Positions 48,128 through 58,700 of a stretch of DNA of 64,000 bases are shown here, piece by piece. A model generated the notes under the pieces. That model was not told the DNA's origin. It did not search any database and saw only the letters and a program-made list of their open reading frames with translations. Numbering within the stretch: position 1 is the stretch's first letter; every line of letters starts with the position of its first letter. The DNA comes from an uncultured delta proteobacterium. GTDB lineage: Bacteria; Desulfobacterota; Binatia; DP-6. The translations under genes were made by a program, and so were the position numbers. Location: positions 768,001-832,000 of the forward strand of contig CAWFFN010000012.1 of assembly GCA_963815115.1 (NCBI GenBank). Reading direction: 5' to 3'.

Positions 48128-49339
48128 CTAGCGGCCGGGCGGGCGTCGCAGGAGATCGGCGAGCGTCCCGAACGCGGTCTTGTCGTCCGGCTTCGCCAGG
48201 TGCTCCTCGGTCTCGCGACGCTGATCGCGCTCCGCGGCGTCCTGTGCCTCCTTCGCCTGCTCGATCATGGAGAGCCCGATCCGTCGCTTCGCGGGATCGA
48301 GCTCGATGACGGTCACGTCCACCTCGTCGTCGACCGAGACCACCTGGCGCGGATGCGCGACGCGGCGATCGAGCACCATGCGCGAGACGTGCACCAGGCC
48401 GTCCAGCCCGGGGCTCAGCTCCACGAAGGCGCCGAACTGCTCGAGCCGACGGACGCGGCCGCGCACGCTCGTTCCAACCGGGAAGCGCTCGCCCGCCGTC
48501 GCCCAGGGATCGGGGGCGAGCGCTCGCAGCGACAGTCCGACGCGCCGGCTGCCCTTCGCGTCGGTCTCGAGCTTCACGACCTGCGCGTCCACCTGCTGGC
48601 CCACCTGCAGGACGTCGGCGGGATTGGTCACGCGGCCGGGGCCGATCTCGCTCACGTGGATGAGTCCCTCGACCCCGCCGAGATCGACGAACGCGCCGAA
48701 GTCGCGGAGCGACGTCACCGTGCCGGATACGACGGCGCCCTCGTGCAGCCGCTCCCAGGTCGCCGCGGCCTGCACCTCCGCCTCCTCGTCGAGCAGCTGG
48801 CGGCGGGAGACGACGACGTTGCGTCCTCCCCCTTCCAGCTTCGTGATCCGGAAGCGCAGGCGCTCGCCGACGTAGGTCCGGCCTTCCACGCGCCGCCGGT
48901 CGATCTGGGAGCCGGGACAGAAGGCCCGGGCGCTCCCGATCTGTACCTCGTAGCCGCCCTTGATCTCGCCCGTGACCACGCCCTCGACCGGGATCCGGTT
49001 CGCGAACGCCTGCTCGAGCTCGCCCGGCAGGTGGCTGCCACGGCCCGCGACGCGCTTGAGCACGATCGAGCCGGTGCGGGAGCCGTCGTCCACGACCGTC
49101 GCCTCGATCTCGTCGCCCTCCTTGAGGCTCACCTCGCCGGTCCCGGGGTCGCGAAACTCCCCGGTGTCGATCGCGGCCTCGGCCTTGCCGCCGACGGCCA
49201 CGAACGCGGTCGTCGCACCCACCGAGATCACGCGGCCGCGGACGACGTCGCCGGCGGCGAGGCGCTGCTGGCGGCGCGGGGAACCGGTCTCGCTGGCGGC
49301 GAGCAGCGCCGCGAAATCGTCGTCATCCGGCTCGGTCAT
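48128..49339 (-). CDS. rpsA: S1 RNA-binding domain protein (short four-domain RpsA-like)
   Basis: AFCPGSQID, NVVVSRR, DFGAFVDLGGVEGLIHVSE, FGAFVEL.PGLDGLVHVS, RRIGLS, FGTLADLL. Confidence 0.88.
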   Translation of the reverse strand: MTEPDDDDFAALLAASETGSPRRQQRLAAGDVVRGRVISVGATTAFVAVGGKAEAAIDTGEFRDPGTGEVSLKEGDEIEATVVDDGSRTGSIVLKRVAGRGSHLPGELEQAFANRIPVEGVVTGEIKGGYEVQIGSARAFCPGSQIDRRRVEGRTYVGERLRFRITKLEGGGRNVVVSRRQLLDEEAEVQAAATWERLHEGAVVSGTVTSLRDFGAFVDLGGVEGLIHVSEIGPGRVTNPADVLQVGQQVDAQVVKLETDAKGSRRVGLSLRALAPDPWATAGERFPVGTSVRGRVRRLEQFGAFVELSPGLDGLVHVSRMVLDRRVAHPRQVVSVDDEVDVTVIELDPAKRRIGLSMIEQAKEAQDAAERDQRRETEEHLAKPDDKTAFGTLADLLRRPPGR

Positions 49340-49414
49340 GGTTCGCGAGGGCGCCCGCGCGCCCGACGACTCCAGTCATCACGTCGGCGCGGGCGGGACA
49401 AGTGGCGGCGGTCC

Positions 49415-52400
49415 TCATGCTCCGAGGGAGGCGAGCAGCGTCCGGGCCGAGACCAGGTCGGCGGTGTCGAGTCCCTCCGTGAAGCGGGCATAGAGCGGCG
49501 CGAGCAGGTCGCGTGCCCCGGTCGGGTCGCCCGTGCTCGTCCAGAACCGCGCCAGGCTGGTCGCCGCGCGGAGCTGCAGCGCGGGTCCGCCCCGGCGGCG
49601 CGCCACCTCGACGGCGCGGCGCAGGCGGGCCTCGGCCCCGCGGGACGGCCCTTCGCAGCGACCCAGTGCCTCGCCCCCGATCCGGTGCAGCTCCGCCTCG
49701 AAGGCGCGCGCCCCCGTCTCCTCCAGGACGGCGCACTCCGTGTCGACGATCGCCAGTGCTTCCGCCGCCCGCCCCTCCTGGATGTAGGTGGCGGCGAGGC
49801 AGGCACGGGCGGCGCTGTTGAAGTTGGAGCGCGCGCCGATCGCCGCCACGCAGCCTCGCTCCATCTCCGCGATGCCCTCGCGCGCGCGTCCCTCCTCGGC
49901 CAGCGCCCATCCGTGCACGAACTCGCCCCACCCGAGCCACTCCGGGAATCCCTGCTCGGTCGCGACGGCGATCAGCGCCTCGCCCAGGTCGCGGGCGCGG
50001 CCCGGCTCCCGGCGAAGCTGGTACACCCACGCGGCGAAGAAGAGCGCGATGCTCAGGCTGAAGGGGTGTGCTCGCTGGCGGGCGAAGTCGACGAGGGCAC
50101 GCGCGCGCAGCTGCGCCTCGTCTGCCTTGCCGCAGATCCACGACACCATCGCGAGATAGCCCTGCGACACGATGGACGGATCGTGGCCGTAGCGCAGCGC
50201 GTGCGAGCCGTGGCGCCCGACGTCGTACACCCGCAGCACGTCGTCGAGATGGCGCCGCGCGCGGTAGGGCTCGCCGTGCCAGAAGCGGATCTCCCCGAGG
50301 AGCCTGCGCGCCTCCATGACCAGCGCCTCGTCGCCGGCCTGCCCTCCACGTTCGAGGAGCCGCTGGGCGAGAGCCGCCGCCCGCCCGAGCCTGCCCTGCT
50401 CGATGGAGACGCCCGCGAGGCCATGGAGTGCCGTCAAGAGCTCCGGCGCCTCGCCCACCTCCTCGCACAGCGCCTCGGCGCGCGCGTACGCGCGCTCGGC
50501 TGCGGGTGCGGCGTGTCCCCTGGTGGCGACGAGCACGGTCCCGAGGCGGGCCTGCAGCACGAGCTCCCGGCGATCGCGCGCGCGCGACACCGGCACCGTC
50601 GCCAGCAGCTGGATGGCCGTGGTGAGCTGGTGCTCCGCCTCCGCATTCGCCGAGCGCGCCGCCGCCTGCTCGGCGGCGAGGCCGAGGTGCTCGATCGCCT
50701 GCCCGGCGTCGCCGCTGCGCTCGTAGTGGTGCGCGATCGCGCCGTGGTGCGCTCGCAGATCCGCGGCGAAGACCCGCTCGATCGCCCGTGCCGCGCGCTC
50801 GTGGAGCGCGCGGCGACGATCCCCGAGGAGCGACGCATAGGCGGCCTCCTGGGTGAGCGCGTGCTTGAAGACGTACTGCGTGCCCGCCCGTGAGCGCTCC
50901 TCGTACAGGAAGTCGGCCGCCTCGAGGGTGGCGAGCTGCCGGCGCAGCTCCTCGTCGGGCTCGCCGCTGACCTCGCTGGCGAGGTCGCTGCCGACCGTCC
51001 GTCCGACGACCGCGAGCGTCTGCAGCAGCGCCTTGGTGGCGGGATCGAGCCGATCGATGCGAGCGGCGAGCACCTCGTGCACGCTCGCGGGCAGGCGGAT
51101 GTCGGTGAGCGGTCCGTGCTCGTGCACTCCCTGCTCGACGAGCGCCTGCACGATCTCTTCCATGAAGAACGGATTGCCCTCGGCCTTCGCGAGCACGAGC
51201 TCGTGCACGGCCGCGAGGGCCGCGTTCTCGCCGAGGAGCGCCGTGAGAAGCGCCTTCGCATCGTGTGGGCGGAGAGGCTCCAGCTGGAGCTGCGTGGTGC
51301 TCCATCCTTCCCGGTACTCCTGGCGGTAGTTGGTCAGGAGCAGTACGGAGGCGTGCGCTGCCGCGGCGGCAAAGTCCTCCAGGAAGAGGGCGCTCTCCGC
51401 GTCGACCCAGTGCAGGTCCTCGACGATCACGACGAGCGGCCGCTCGATGCTCTCGCGGAGCCAGAGACGCGCCAGGGCTTCGTGCGTGCGCCGCTGCCGG
51501 ATCTCCGGCGCCATCTGCTGGAGCGAAGCGCCGGCGTCCGCGATCCCGAGGAGCGAGAGCAGATGCGGCAGCGTGTCCTCGAGAGCCCGGTCGAGGGCGA
51601 GCACCTTGCCGGTCACCTTCTCGCGCCGGTGGCGCTCGTCGTCGTCCGGCCGGATGCTGCAGTAGCAGCGGACGAGCTCCATGATCGGCAGGTACGAGAA
51701 GGCCTTCCCGTGCGGCGCGCACCCGGCGTCGAGGACGAGCGCGCGCTCCCGCGCCCGGCCCTTCAGCTCGTGGAAGAGCCGCGACTTCCCCACGCCGGCT
51801 TCCCCCACGACCGCGACGCTGCGTCCCGCGCCATGGATGGCCTCCGCGAGGGCTCGCTCCAGGATCGCGAGCTCCGGCGCTCGTCCCACGAAGCGCGCCA
51901 GCCCGCCCGCGGCGCGTCGCTCGAACGGCGTCTGCAGGCGGCCGACGCCGAGGAGCTGGTAGAGGCGCACCGGCTCCGGAGCGCCCTTCACGCGCGCGGC
52001 GCCGAGGGGCTGGAAGTCGAAGAAGCCGGTCGTGAGGGCGTACGTCCGCTCGCTGACGACGACGCAGCCGGGATCGGCCAGGCTCTCCATGCGTTGCGCG
52101 AGCCCGATGGCATGGCCGACCGACACGACGTCGGCGGGTCCGTCGCCGTGGTGGGTGCTGCGCACGACGACCTCGCCGGTGTTGAGCCCGACCCGGATCG
52201 CGAGGCTGGTACCCTTCTCGAGCCGCAGCCGCTCGGCGTACCGGCGGATGTCGTCCTGCATGCGGAGCGCCGCATGGAGCGCGCGCCGCGCGTGGTCCTC
52301 GTACGCCACGGGCGCGCCGAAGAGGGCGAAGACGCCGTCTCCGGTGGACTGCACGACGTGGCCGTCATAGCGCGCGACCGCGTCGCTCATGAGCGCGAGC

Positions 52401-52519
52401 GCCGGAGCGACCACGGCCTCCGCCTCCTCGGGGTCGAGCTCCGCCATGAGGTCCATGGAGCCCTGGATGTCGGCGAAGAGGGCGGTGACGATCTTGCGCT
52501 CGCCTTCGGTCGCAATCAT
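49415..52519 (-). CDS. Class III adenylate/guanylate cyclase - AAA_16 - TPR protein
   Basis: ERKIVTALFADIQGS, TGDGVFALFGAP, RVGLNTGEVV; GEAGVGKS; EDLHWVD; EGNPFF; FKHALTQE. Confidence 0.92.
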   Translation of the reverse strand: MIATEGERKIVTALFADIQGSMDLMAELDPEEAEAVVAPALALMSDAVARYDGHVVQSTGDGVFALFGAPVAYEDHARRALHAALRMQDDIRRYAERLRLEKGTSLAIRVGLNTGEVVVRSTHHGDGPADVVSVGHAIGLAQRMESLADPGCVVVSERTYALTTGFFDFQPLGAARVKGAPEPVRLYQLLGVGRLQTPFERRAAGGLARFVGRAPELAILERALAEAIHGAGRSVAVVGEAGVGKSRLFHELKGRARERALVLDAGCAPHGKAFSYLPIMELVRCYCSIRPDDDERHRREKVTGKVLALDRALEDTLPHLLSLLGIADAGASLQQMAPEIRQRRTHEALARLWLRESIERPLVVIVEDLHWVDAESALFLEDFAAAAAHASVLLLTNYRQEYREGWSTTQLQLEPLRPHDAKALLTALLGENAALAAVHELVLAKAEGNPFFMEEIVQALVEQGVHEHGPLTDIRLPASVHEVLAARIDRLDPATKALLQTLAVVGRTVGSDLASEVSGEPDEELRRQLATLEAADFLYEERSRAGTQYVFKHALTQEAAYASLLGDRRRALHERAARAIERVFAADLRAHHGAIAHHYERSGDAGQAIEHLGLAAEQAAARSANAEAEHQLTTAIQLLATVPVSRARDRRELVLQARLGTVLVATRGHAAPAAERAYARAEALCEEVGEAPELLTALHGLAGVSIEQGRLGRAAALAQRLLERGGQAGDEALVMEARRLLGEIRFWHGEPYRARRHLDDVLRVYDVGRHGSHALRYGHDPSIVSQGYLAMVSWICGKADEAQLRARALVDFARQRAHPFSLSIALFFAAWVYQLRREPGRARDLGEALIAVATEQGFPEWLGWGEFVHGWALAEEGRAREGIAEMERGCVAAIGARSNFNSAARACLAATYIQEGRAAEALAIVDTECAVLEETGARAFEAELHRIGGEALGRCEGPSRGAEARLRRAVEVARRRGGPALQLRAATSLARFWTSTGDPTGARDLLAPLYARFTEGLDTADLVSARTLLASLGA

Positions 52520-52697
52520 CGAACGAGCTCCGCCCCGAGCTTCTCTCGCCAGCACGAGCGGCCCGGCATGGACCGCGTGCGCGGTTCTCGTCCGGCCCGA
52601 GAGTGGTGTCAACCGCGAAGCCGCGCTCGCCGGCGCGCCCGGCCGGGGCGCCGAGAGGACGCGAGCGCTTCGGCCACGTCCCCCCGGCGCAGCGCGC

Positions 52698-53576
52698 TCA
52701 GGCGCTCGCCGCGGTGCGGGCGCCTTCGGCCCGGTGCCAGTGCTCGCGCAGCGCCTCCGCCAGCTCCTCCGGCCGCTCCTCCGGGAAGAAGAGCTTGGCG
52801 TCGGGAAGCTCGATCACCCGGTCGGCACCCGCGATCGTGTCACGGAGCCAGTGTGCCCACTCGATACCGAAGAAGATGTCGCCGGTGCCCCAGACGACCA
52901 GCGTCGGGGCCGTCAGACGCCGGAGCTGCGGCTCGGCCGCGACGTTCGAGTGGCAGTCGATCGCCAGGATGAAGCGCTCGAGGTCCTTCGTGCGCTCGGG
53001 GGACGCGAACAGCGGCTCGACGTACCCGCGCAGCGTGTCCGCGCTCAGGCGCTCGGGGTGCTCGTAGCCGATGGCGAACTGGGCGCGGGCGTCCTCGACG
53101 TCGGCGAGCATGCGGCGGCCGATCTCGGGCAGCAGCCCCTCCCGGGCCGCCACCATCATCGGCTCGGCCGCGGGCGGCGGGAAGTTGTCGTGCACGTCGC
53201 CGTTGGTGAGGGTCAGGCTCCGGACGCGCGAGGGGTTGCGCGCCGCGAAGAGCTGCGCGATGGCCGTGCCGCTGTCGTTGGAGACGACGTCGACCCGGTC
53301 GAGCCCGAGCCGATCGCAGAGCGCCACCAGCATGGCCGCCTGCGCGTCGAACGAGAGGTCCTGATCGGGGCGCGCGCGCGTCCCGCCGTGCGCCATCAGG
53401 TCGACGGCGATGCAGCGCCGGACGTCGGCGACGCGATCGATGACCGGGCGCCACAGGTCGCCGTTCAGGAAGACGCCGTGGACGAAGAGGGCGGCCGGGC
53501 CGGCTCCGCGCTCGGTGTACGCGATGTCTCCGAAGGGCGTCGTGGCGTACATTCGGTCTTTCGGGCGATTCTCCAT
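52698..53576 (-). CDS. Alpha/beta hydrolase (epoxide hydrolase/dehalogenase-like)
   Basis: FVHGVF, DL.AHG.T, VSNDSGTA Asp elbow, PTLVVWG.GD; GGAGG RBS before MENRP. Confidence 0.9.
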   Translation of the reverse strand: MENRPKDRMYATTPFGDIAYTERGAGPAALFVHGVFLNGDLWRPVIDRVADVRRCIAVDLMAHGGTRARPDQDLSFDAQAAMLVALCDRLGLDRVDVVSNDSGTAIAQLFAARNPSRVRSLTLTNGDVHDNFPPPAAEPMMVAAREGLLPEIGRRMLADVEDARAQFAIGYEHPERLSADTLRGYVEPLFASPERTKDLERFILAIDCHSNVAAEPQLRRLTAPTLVVWGTGDIFFGIEWAHWLRDTIAGADRVIELPDAKLFFPEERPEELAEALREHWHRAEGARTAASA

Positions 53577-53622
53577 GCGATCCTCCATGCGGTGGAATCC
53601 GCCGGGCGGCGCTGCTAAGCGA

Positions 53623-53668
53623 TACCGACCGACAGTCGGTCTGGCTTTACCGACCGACTGTCGGTATG
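53623..53668. promoter_or_regulatory. Twin TetR operator (ACCGAC-W-GTCGGT x2)
   Basis: TACCGACCGACAGTCGGTCTG (53623-53643) and TACCGACCGACTGTCGGTATG (53648-53668) between the divergent hydrolase and tetR genes. Confidence 0.85.
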
Positions 53669-53678
53669 TCAAGAGCGA

Positions 53679-54272
53679 ATGAGCAAGAAGGCCGAACAGG
53701 GGCAGGAGACCCGCCGGGAGCTGATCGCCATCGCGACCCGGCTCTTCGTCGCGCACGGCTACCACGGGACGTCGATCGACGCCGTCCTGCGCGAGGCGGG
53801 CATCAGCCGCGGCGCGCTCTACCACCACTTCGACGGCAAGGACGCGCTGTTCGAGGCCGTTCTCGACCGGGTCGAGGCCGACGTCGCCGAGCGCGTCGCG
53901 AAGGCGGCCCGGGGCGTCGACGATCCCGTCGAGGCGCTGCGCGCGGGGAGTCACGCCTGGCTCCGGCTCGCCCGCGACCCGGCCGTGCGCCAGATCGCGC
54001 TGGTCGACGCCCCCTCGGTCGTGGGCTGGGAGAAGTGGCGCGAGATCGACGAGCGCTATGCGTTCGGGCTGCTCAAGGGCGCGCTCGGCGCGGTCGCCGC
54101 CAGCGGGCGGGTGCGGAAGGAGCTCGTCGACGTCCTGGCACACATGCTGCTGGCCGCGCTCGCCGAGGTGGCGCTCGTCATCGCCCGGGCGAAGGACGCC
54201 AAGGCCGCGGTGCGCACCGGCCAGGCCGCGGTCGACGAGCTGCTCGACGGCCTGTTCGGCCCCGGCGCGTGA
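53679..54272 (+). CDS. TetR/AcrR family regulator
   Basis: TRRELI..A..LF...GY.GTSID.V..AGISRGALYHHFDGKDALF. Confidence 0.94.
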   Translation: MSKKAEQGQETRRELIAIATRLFVAHGYHGTSIDAVLREAGISRGALYHHFDGKDALFEAVLDRVEADVAERVAKAARGVDDPVEALRAGSHAWLRLARDPAVRQIALVDAPSVVGWEKWREIDERYAFGLLKGALGAVAASGRVRKELVDVLAHMLLAALAEVALVIARAKDAKAAVRTGQAAVDELLDGLFGPGA

Positions 54273-54320
54273 GGCGGCGAGGGCGCGTCGGGCGCCCCCG
54301 CCGTCTCACGGGCGGACACG

Positions 54321-55628
54321 TCAGAGATCAGGGCACAGCCAGGGCTTGGCCTTGCAGGTCGGAGGAATGTCGTCGATCACCTGCACCCTCGACAGGTGGA
54401 TGGTCCGGACGGCCACCGCCTGGTAGCCGTCCGCATCGGTCACGGTCAGCACGAGATTGCGCTGGACGGTCTCCCCGACGTCGACGTTCGGGAGGTTCCA
54501 GGTCATGGTCGGGTGGTTCGTGCCGGTGACGGGCGTGGCGTTCAGCGAAGTCCAGCTGTAGCTGAGCGGCGGGCGCAGGTCGGTGGCCTGCGCGGTGTAG
54601 GTGGCGGAGAAGGGGAGGTCGGGCTCCTGCTCCACCGAGTAGTCGCCGTAGAAGGTCACCCACGACTGCCGGTCCTTCAGGGTCCATGTGCCGGCGAGCG
54701 TGAGGCCGCTGCCGTCGTACGCGTTGATGCGCGTGTAGCTGAAGACCGCCTTCAGCGGCGTCTGGGGCACGAGCACGGATCGCGGAACCATCTGGGCGAT
54801 CTTGCAGCCCGGCCCGGCGTCGATGATGTCGCCGAGCGAGCCTCCCGCGCCGCCCGTGAGCGAGGCGAGGATGGTGTCGATGGTCGTCTCGGTCGGCTCC
54901 GCCCAGGTCGACGTGTCGCAGTTGATGCTGCCGTACTGGTTGACGGTCAGGAAGTCGTAGATGTGGAGCCGGAAATCGGTGTTCGAGAAGAGGCCATCGT
55001 ACCAGCCGTCGAGGCCGAGATCGACGACCGCCCGCCCGTAGTAGTCCGAGTTCGTGTAGTCGAGCACGAAGTTGCCGTTGAGATGGACGTCCCCGTCCGG
55101 GTCGGGATAGCCGTCGTCGTCCAGCGTCCGCGGCTGATCCTGCACCCGGATGCTCACCAGCCGGCGGATGCCCTGGGGGTGGAACTGGAACCCGAAGGTC
55201 TCGCTGCCCGCGATGACGCTCTGCTGGCCGAGCCCGACGTTGCGCGCGGTCGCGGTGTCGGTGCTGCCATAGCTTCCGGGCGGGTAGAGCCAGGCGCCGA
55301 AGAGCTGCTTTCCGTTGACGCAGGTCGACCGGACGTCGGGGTTGGGCGCCGGATCGTCGTGGTGGATGTCGAGGCTCCGCATGGCGCTGACGACGCTCGT
55401 GCGGAGCCCGTCCGCGAATGTCGGCGCCGCGCCGTTCAGGCAGGCCGAGAACTGCACCACGATGTCCGGCTGCGACACGTACTGGGGGGGCGGCGGCGGT
55501 GGGAGAGAGATGGTGCCGGTGGTGCAGGGTGGGTCGGGACAGGCGGCCTTCAGCGCATGCGCCGCGCCGGCCAGCCCCAGCACCACCCCCAGGATCGGCA
55601 CCGTGTATCGATTCATTGTCTTGGACAT
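54321..55628 (-). CDS. Exported hypothetical protein with C-terminal PKD/Ig-like domain
   Basis: AAGGAG RBS; signal peptide; PPLSYSW...LTVTDADG; tail PPTCKAKPWLCP. Confidence 0.8.
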   Translation of the reverse strand: MSKTMNRYTVPILGVVLGLAGAAHALKAACPDPPCTTGTISLPPPPPPQYVSQPDIVVQFSACLNGAAPTFADGLRTSVVSAMRSLDIHHDDPAPNPDVRSTCVNGKQLFGAWLYPPGSYGSTDTATARNVGLGQQSVIAGSETFGFQFHPQGIRRLVSIRVQDQPRTLDDDGYPDPDGDVHLNGNFVLDYTNSDYYGRAVVDLGLDGWYDGLFSNTDFRLHIYDFLTVNQYGSINCDTSTWAEPTETTIDTILASLTGGAGGSLGDIIDAGPGCKIAQMVPRSVLVPQTPLKAVFSYTRINAYDGSGLTLAGTWTLKDRQSWVTFYGDYSVEQEPDLPFSATYTAQATDLRPPLSYSWTSLNATPVTGTNHPTMTWNLPNVDVGETVQRNLVLTVTDADGYQAVAVRTIHLSRVQVIDDIPPTCKAKPWLCPDL

Positions 55629-55796
55629 TGCGACTCCTTTTCCTTGCTCGATCCGAGTCGGCTGGTTTTGCGATCGTCGATTGCCGATCGCGCCGCTCCC
55701 ATCCCCGGTGTGAGGGTGCGGTGCACGATGGTTCGGTGGGATGCGCGCGCGAGCGCACCGGTCCGTCGATGATCCGATGAGCCGAGTTGCGCGTAG

Positions 55797-58700
55797 TCAA
55801 CCAGAGGCCCGGCGCTGCCCGACGCGGTGCACGAGCTGGTAGAACGTCGGCAGCGCGAGCAGCGTGAACAGGGTCGACGTCACGAGCCCGCCGATCATGA
55901 CGACGGCGAGCGGACGCTCGATCTCCGTCCCGTGCAGGTGCAGCACGAGGAGCGGCAGGAGTCCGAGGATCGCCGTCGCGGCCGTCATCACCTTCGGGCG
56001 CACGCGTCCGATGCTCGCTTCGCGCAGCGCCACGTCGAACGAACTGCCTTCGGCCATCAGCGTCCGTGTCTGCGTCACCAGGACGAGACCGTTCTGGACC
56101 GCGATGCCGAGGAGGCCGATGAGCCCGACCAGCGACGAGACGTTCCAGGTCTCGCCGGCCAGGAGCAGCGCGAGGATCGCGCCGACGAACGCGTCGGGGA
56201 GGGTCGCGAGGATGACGAGCGCTTCGGCCAGCGAGCCGAGGGCCAGGTAGAGCAGGACGGAGACGGCGAGCAGCGCGATGGCGATGGCCATGAGCAGCGA
56301 ACGCGAGGCGCGGGCCTGGGTCTCGACGCGTCCGCCGACGTCGAGGAAGTAGCCCGTGGGGAGGCGAAGCTCCTTCGCGAGTCGCCGCCGCACCTCGCCG
56401 GCCGCCCCGAGCAGGTCCCGCCCCTCGACGCTCGCCTCGACGGCGATCCGCCGGCTGCCGGCCTCGCGCCGGATGCTGGCGGGGCCGAGCGTCTCCTCGA
56501 TGGTCGCGAGCTTGCCGAGCGGGATGCGCGTGCCGTCGTGCCCGTCGATGAGGAGGCTCCGGATTCCGGCGAGATCGGCGCGGTAGTGGTCCTGCAGGCG
56601 CACGACGAGTGCGAACCGGCGCTGTCCCACCCAGACCTCCGACATCTCCTCTCCGGCAAGTCCGATGCGGAGAGCGCGAATCACGTCGCCCGGGGTGAGG
56701 CCGGCGCGGGCGGCGGCGGCGCGATCCACCGTGATGCGGAGCTGGGGAAGATCCGTCAGGCGCTCCACGCGCAGGTCGGCCAGCCCCTCGACGCCCTCCA
56801 TCACGCGCCGCGCCTGGTCTCCGAGTCGCGCCAGCTCGTCGAGATCGCGTCCGAAGATGCGGACGGAGAGATCGGCCGACGTTCCGCCCAGGCCCTCGTC
56901 GATCCGCATTCCGAGCGGCGTCGTGAAGAGGAAGGACACGCCGGGCACCTCGGCGAGCCGGAGCCGCATCCGGTCGCGCAGCTCGTCGAGCGACGCCGTG
57001 CGCTCCGGCCGGAGAACCACCAGGGTGTCGGAGAGCGTGTGCGGCATGGGATCCTCGGTCCGCTCTGCCCGGCCGGTCCGGCGGACGACGTCCTCGACCT
57101 CCGGAAAGCCGCGCAGGATGTCCTCGACCCGGTGGTTCGAGCGGTCCACCTGCTCGATCGACGCTTCGGGGGGCAGCGTCGTCTGGATGAGCAGCGCGCC
57201 TTCGTCGAGCCGCGGCATGAAGTCCGAGCCCACGCGCGAGGCGAGGAGCAGGGCAGGGATCGTGATCGCGAGCGTACCGAGGCGGACTGCGCCCGCGTGC
57301 CGCAGGCAGACGTCCAGGAGCGGAGCGTACGCGCTCTTCAGACGCCGGATGATCCAGACGTCCTCGGGCGTGTCGGGAGGGCGCGGCCGGAGCACGAGGC
57401 CGCCCAGCGCCGGAACCAGCGTGAGGGCGAGGACGAGCGACGCGGAGACCGCCGCGACGACGGCGGCGGCAAGCGGCCGGTACATCCGGCCCTCGATGCC
57501 CGTCATGCTGAAGAGGGGCAGGAAGACCGCGACCACGATGAGCGTCGCGAACGCGATGGGCCGGCCGACCTCGACCGCTCCCTCGACGGCGCGCTGCCGT
57601 CGCGAGTCCCGATCGTGTGACGCGGACAGGCGGTGCACGATGTTTTCCGTCACGATGATCGCGGCGTCCACCAGGAGCCCGACGGCGATCGCGAGGCCGC
57701 CGAGCGTCATCGCGTTGAGGCCGATCCCCGCCGGCCGCAGGAGGAGACCCGAGAGTCCGACGGAGAGCGGGATGGTCGCCGTCACCACCAGGGCGGCGCG
57801 GAGATCGCCCAGCAGCGTGACGAGCGCGACGACGACCAGGAGCGCGCCCAGCAGGACGGCTCGGCCGACTCCGCCGAGCGCCCCCTGCACGAGCTCCGAC
57901 TGGTCATAGGCGATGCGGAGCTGCACGCCGCGCGGGAGCGTGTGGCGGATGTCCTTCACGGCCTCCCGGATGCCGGCCGCGACGGTCACCGTGTCCGCGC
58001 CGAACTGCTTGATGACCCGGCACGCGACGACCTCACCGGCCAGACGGTGGGCGATCCCGCGGCGGACGGCCGGAGCCTCCCGGACATCCGCCACGTCGCC
58101 GAGCAGGACGGGGATGGTGCCCCGGATCGCCACCACGGTCTCGCGGAGATCCTCCGGAGTGTTGATCCGCCCGACTCCTCGTACCGTCCATTCGGTCGCT
58201 CCCTGGACGACGAAGCCACCGGCCGCATTCACGTTCGCGCCCTCGACCGCGTGCAGCACCTCGTCGAGCGTGACGTCCCGCGCCGCCATCCGCTCGGGGT
58301 CGAGCTGCACCTGGTACTGGCGCAGGTAGCCTCCGAGGCGGTCGATGGCCGCGACGCCCGGCACCGCAAGCAGCCGGTTCTTCACCTCGAACTCGGCGAG
58401 GTCCCGCAACGTCATCAGGTCCGCGACTCCGGGCTCCGCCTCCAGGGTCACCTCGAAGATCTCGTTGAGGCGTCCCGTGAGGCTCGAGACGAGCGGTGTG
58501 TCGGTGCCGGGAGGCAGCTGGCCGACGACCTGGCTGACGCGCTCGCTCACCAGCTGGCGCGAGCGGAAGTAGTCTGCGTCGGGCTCGAACTCGATCGTCA
58601 CCTGCACGACGCCGAGCTGCGACGTCGAGCGCACCCGGCGGATGCCGGGGAGCCCGGCGAGCGCGACCTCGAGCGGAATCGCGATGCCGGTCTCCAGCTC

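Noticed and set aside
23661-52519. STAND proteins as Avs-type antiphage systems
   Set aside because: The output domains are HTH or cyclase types on AAA_16-TPR regulators. There are no nuclease, TIR or SIR2 effectors and no defence-island context.
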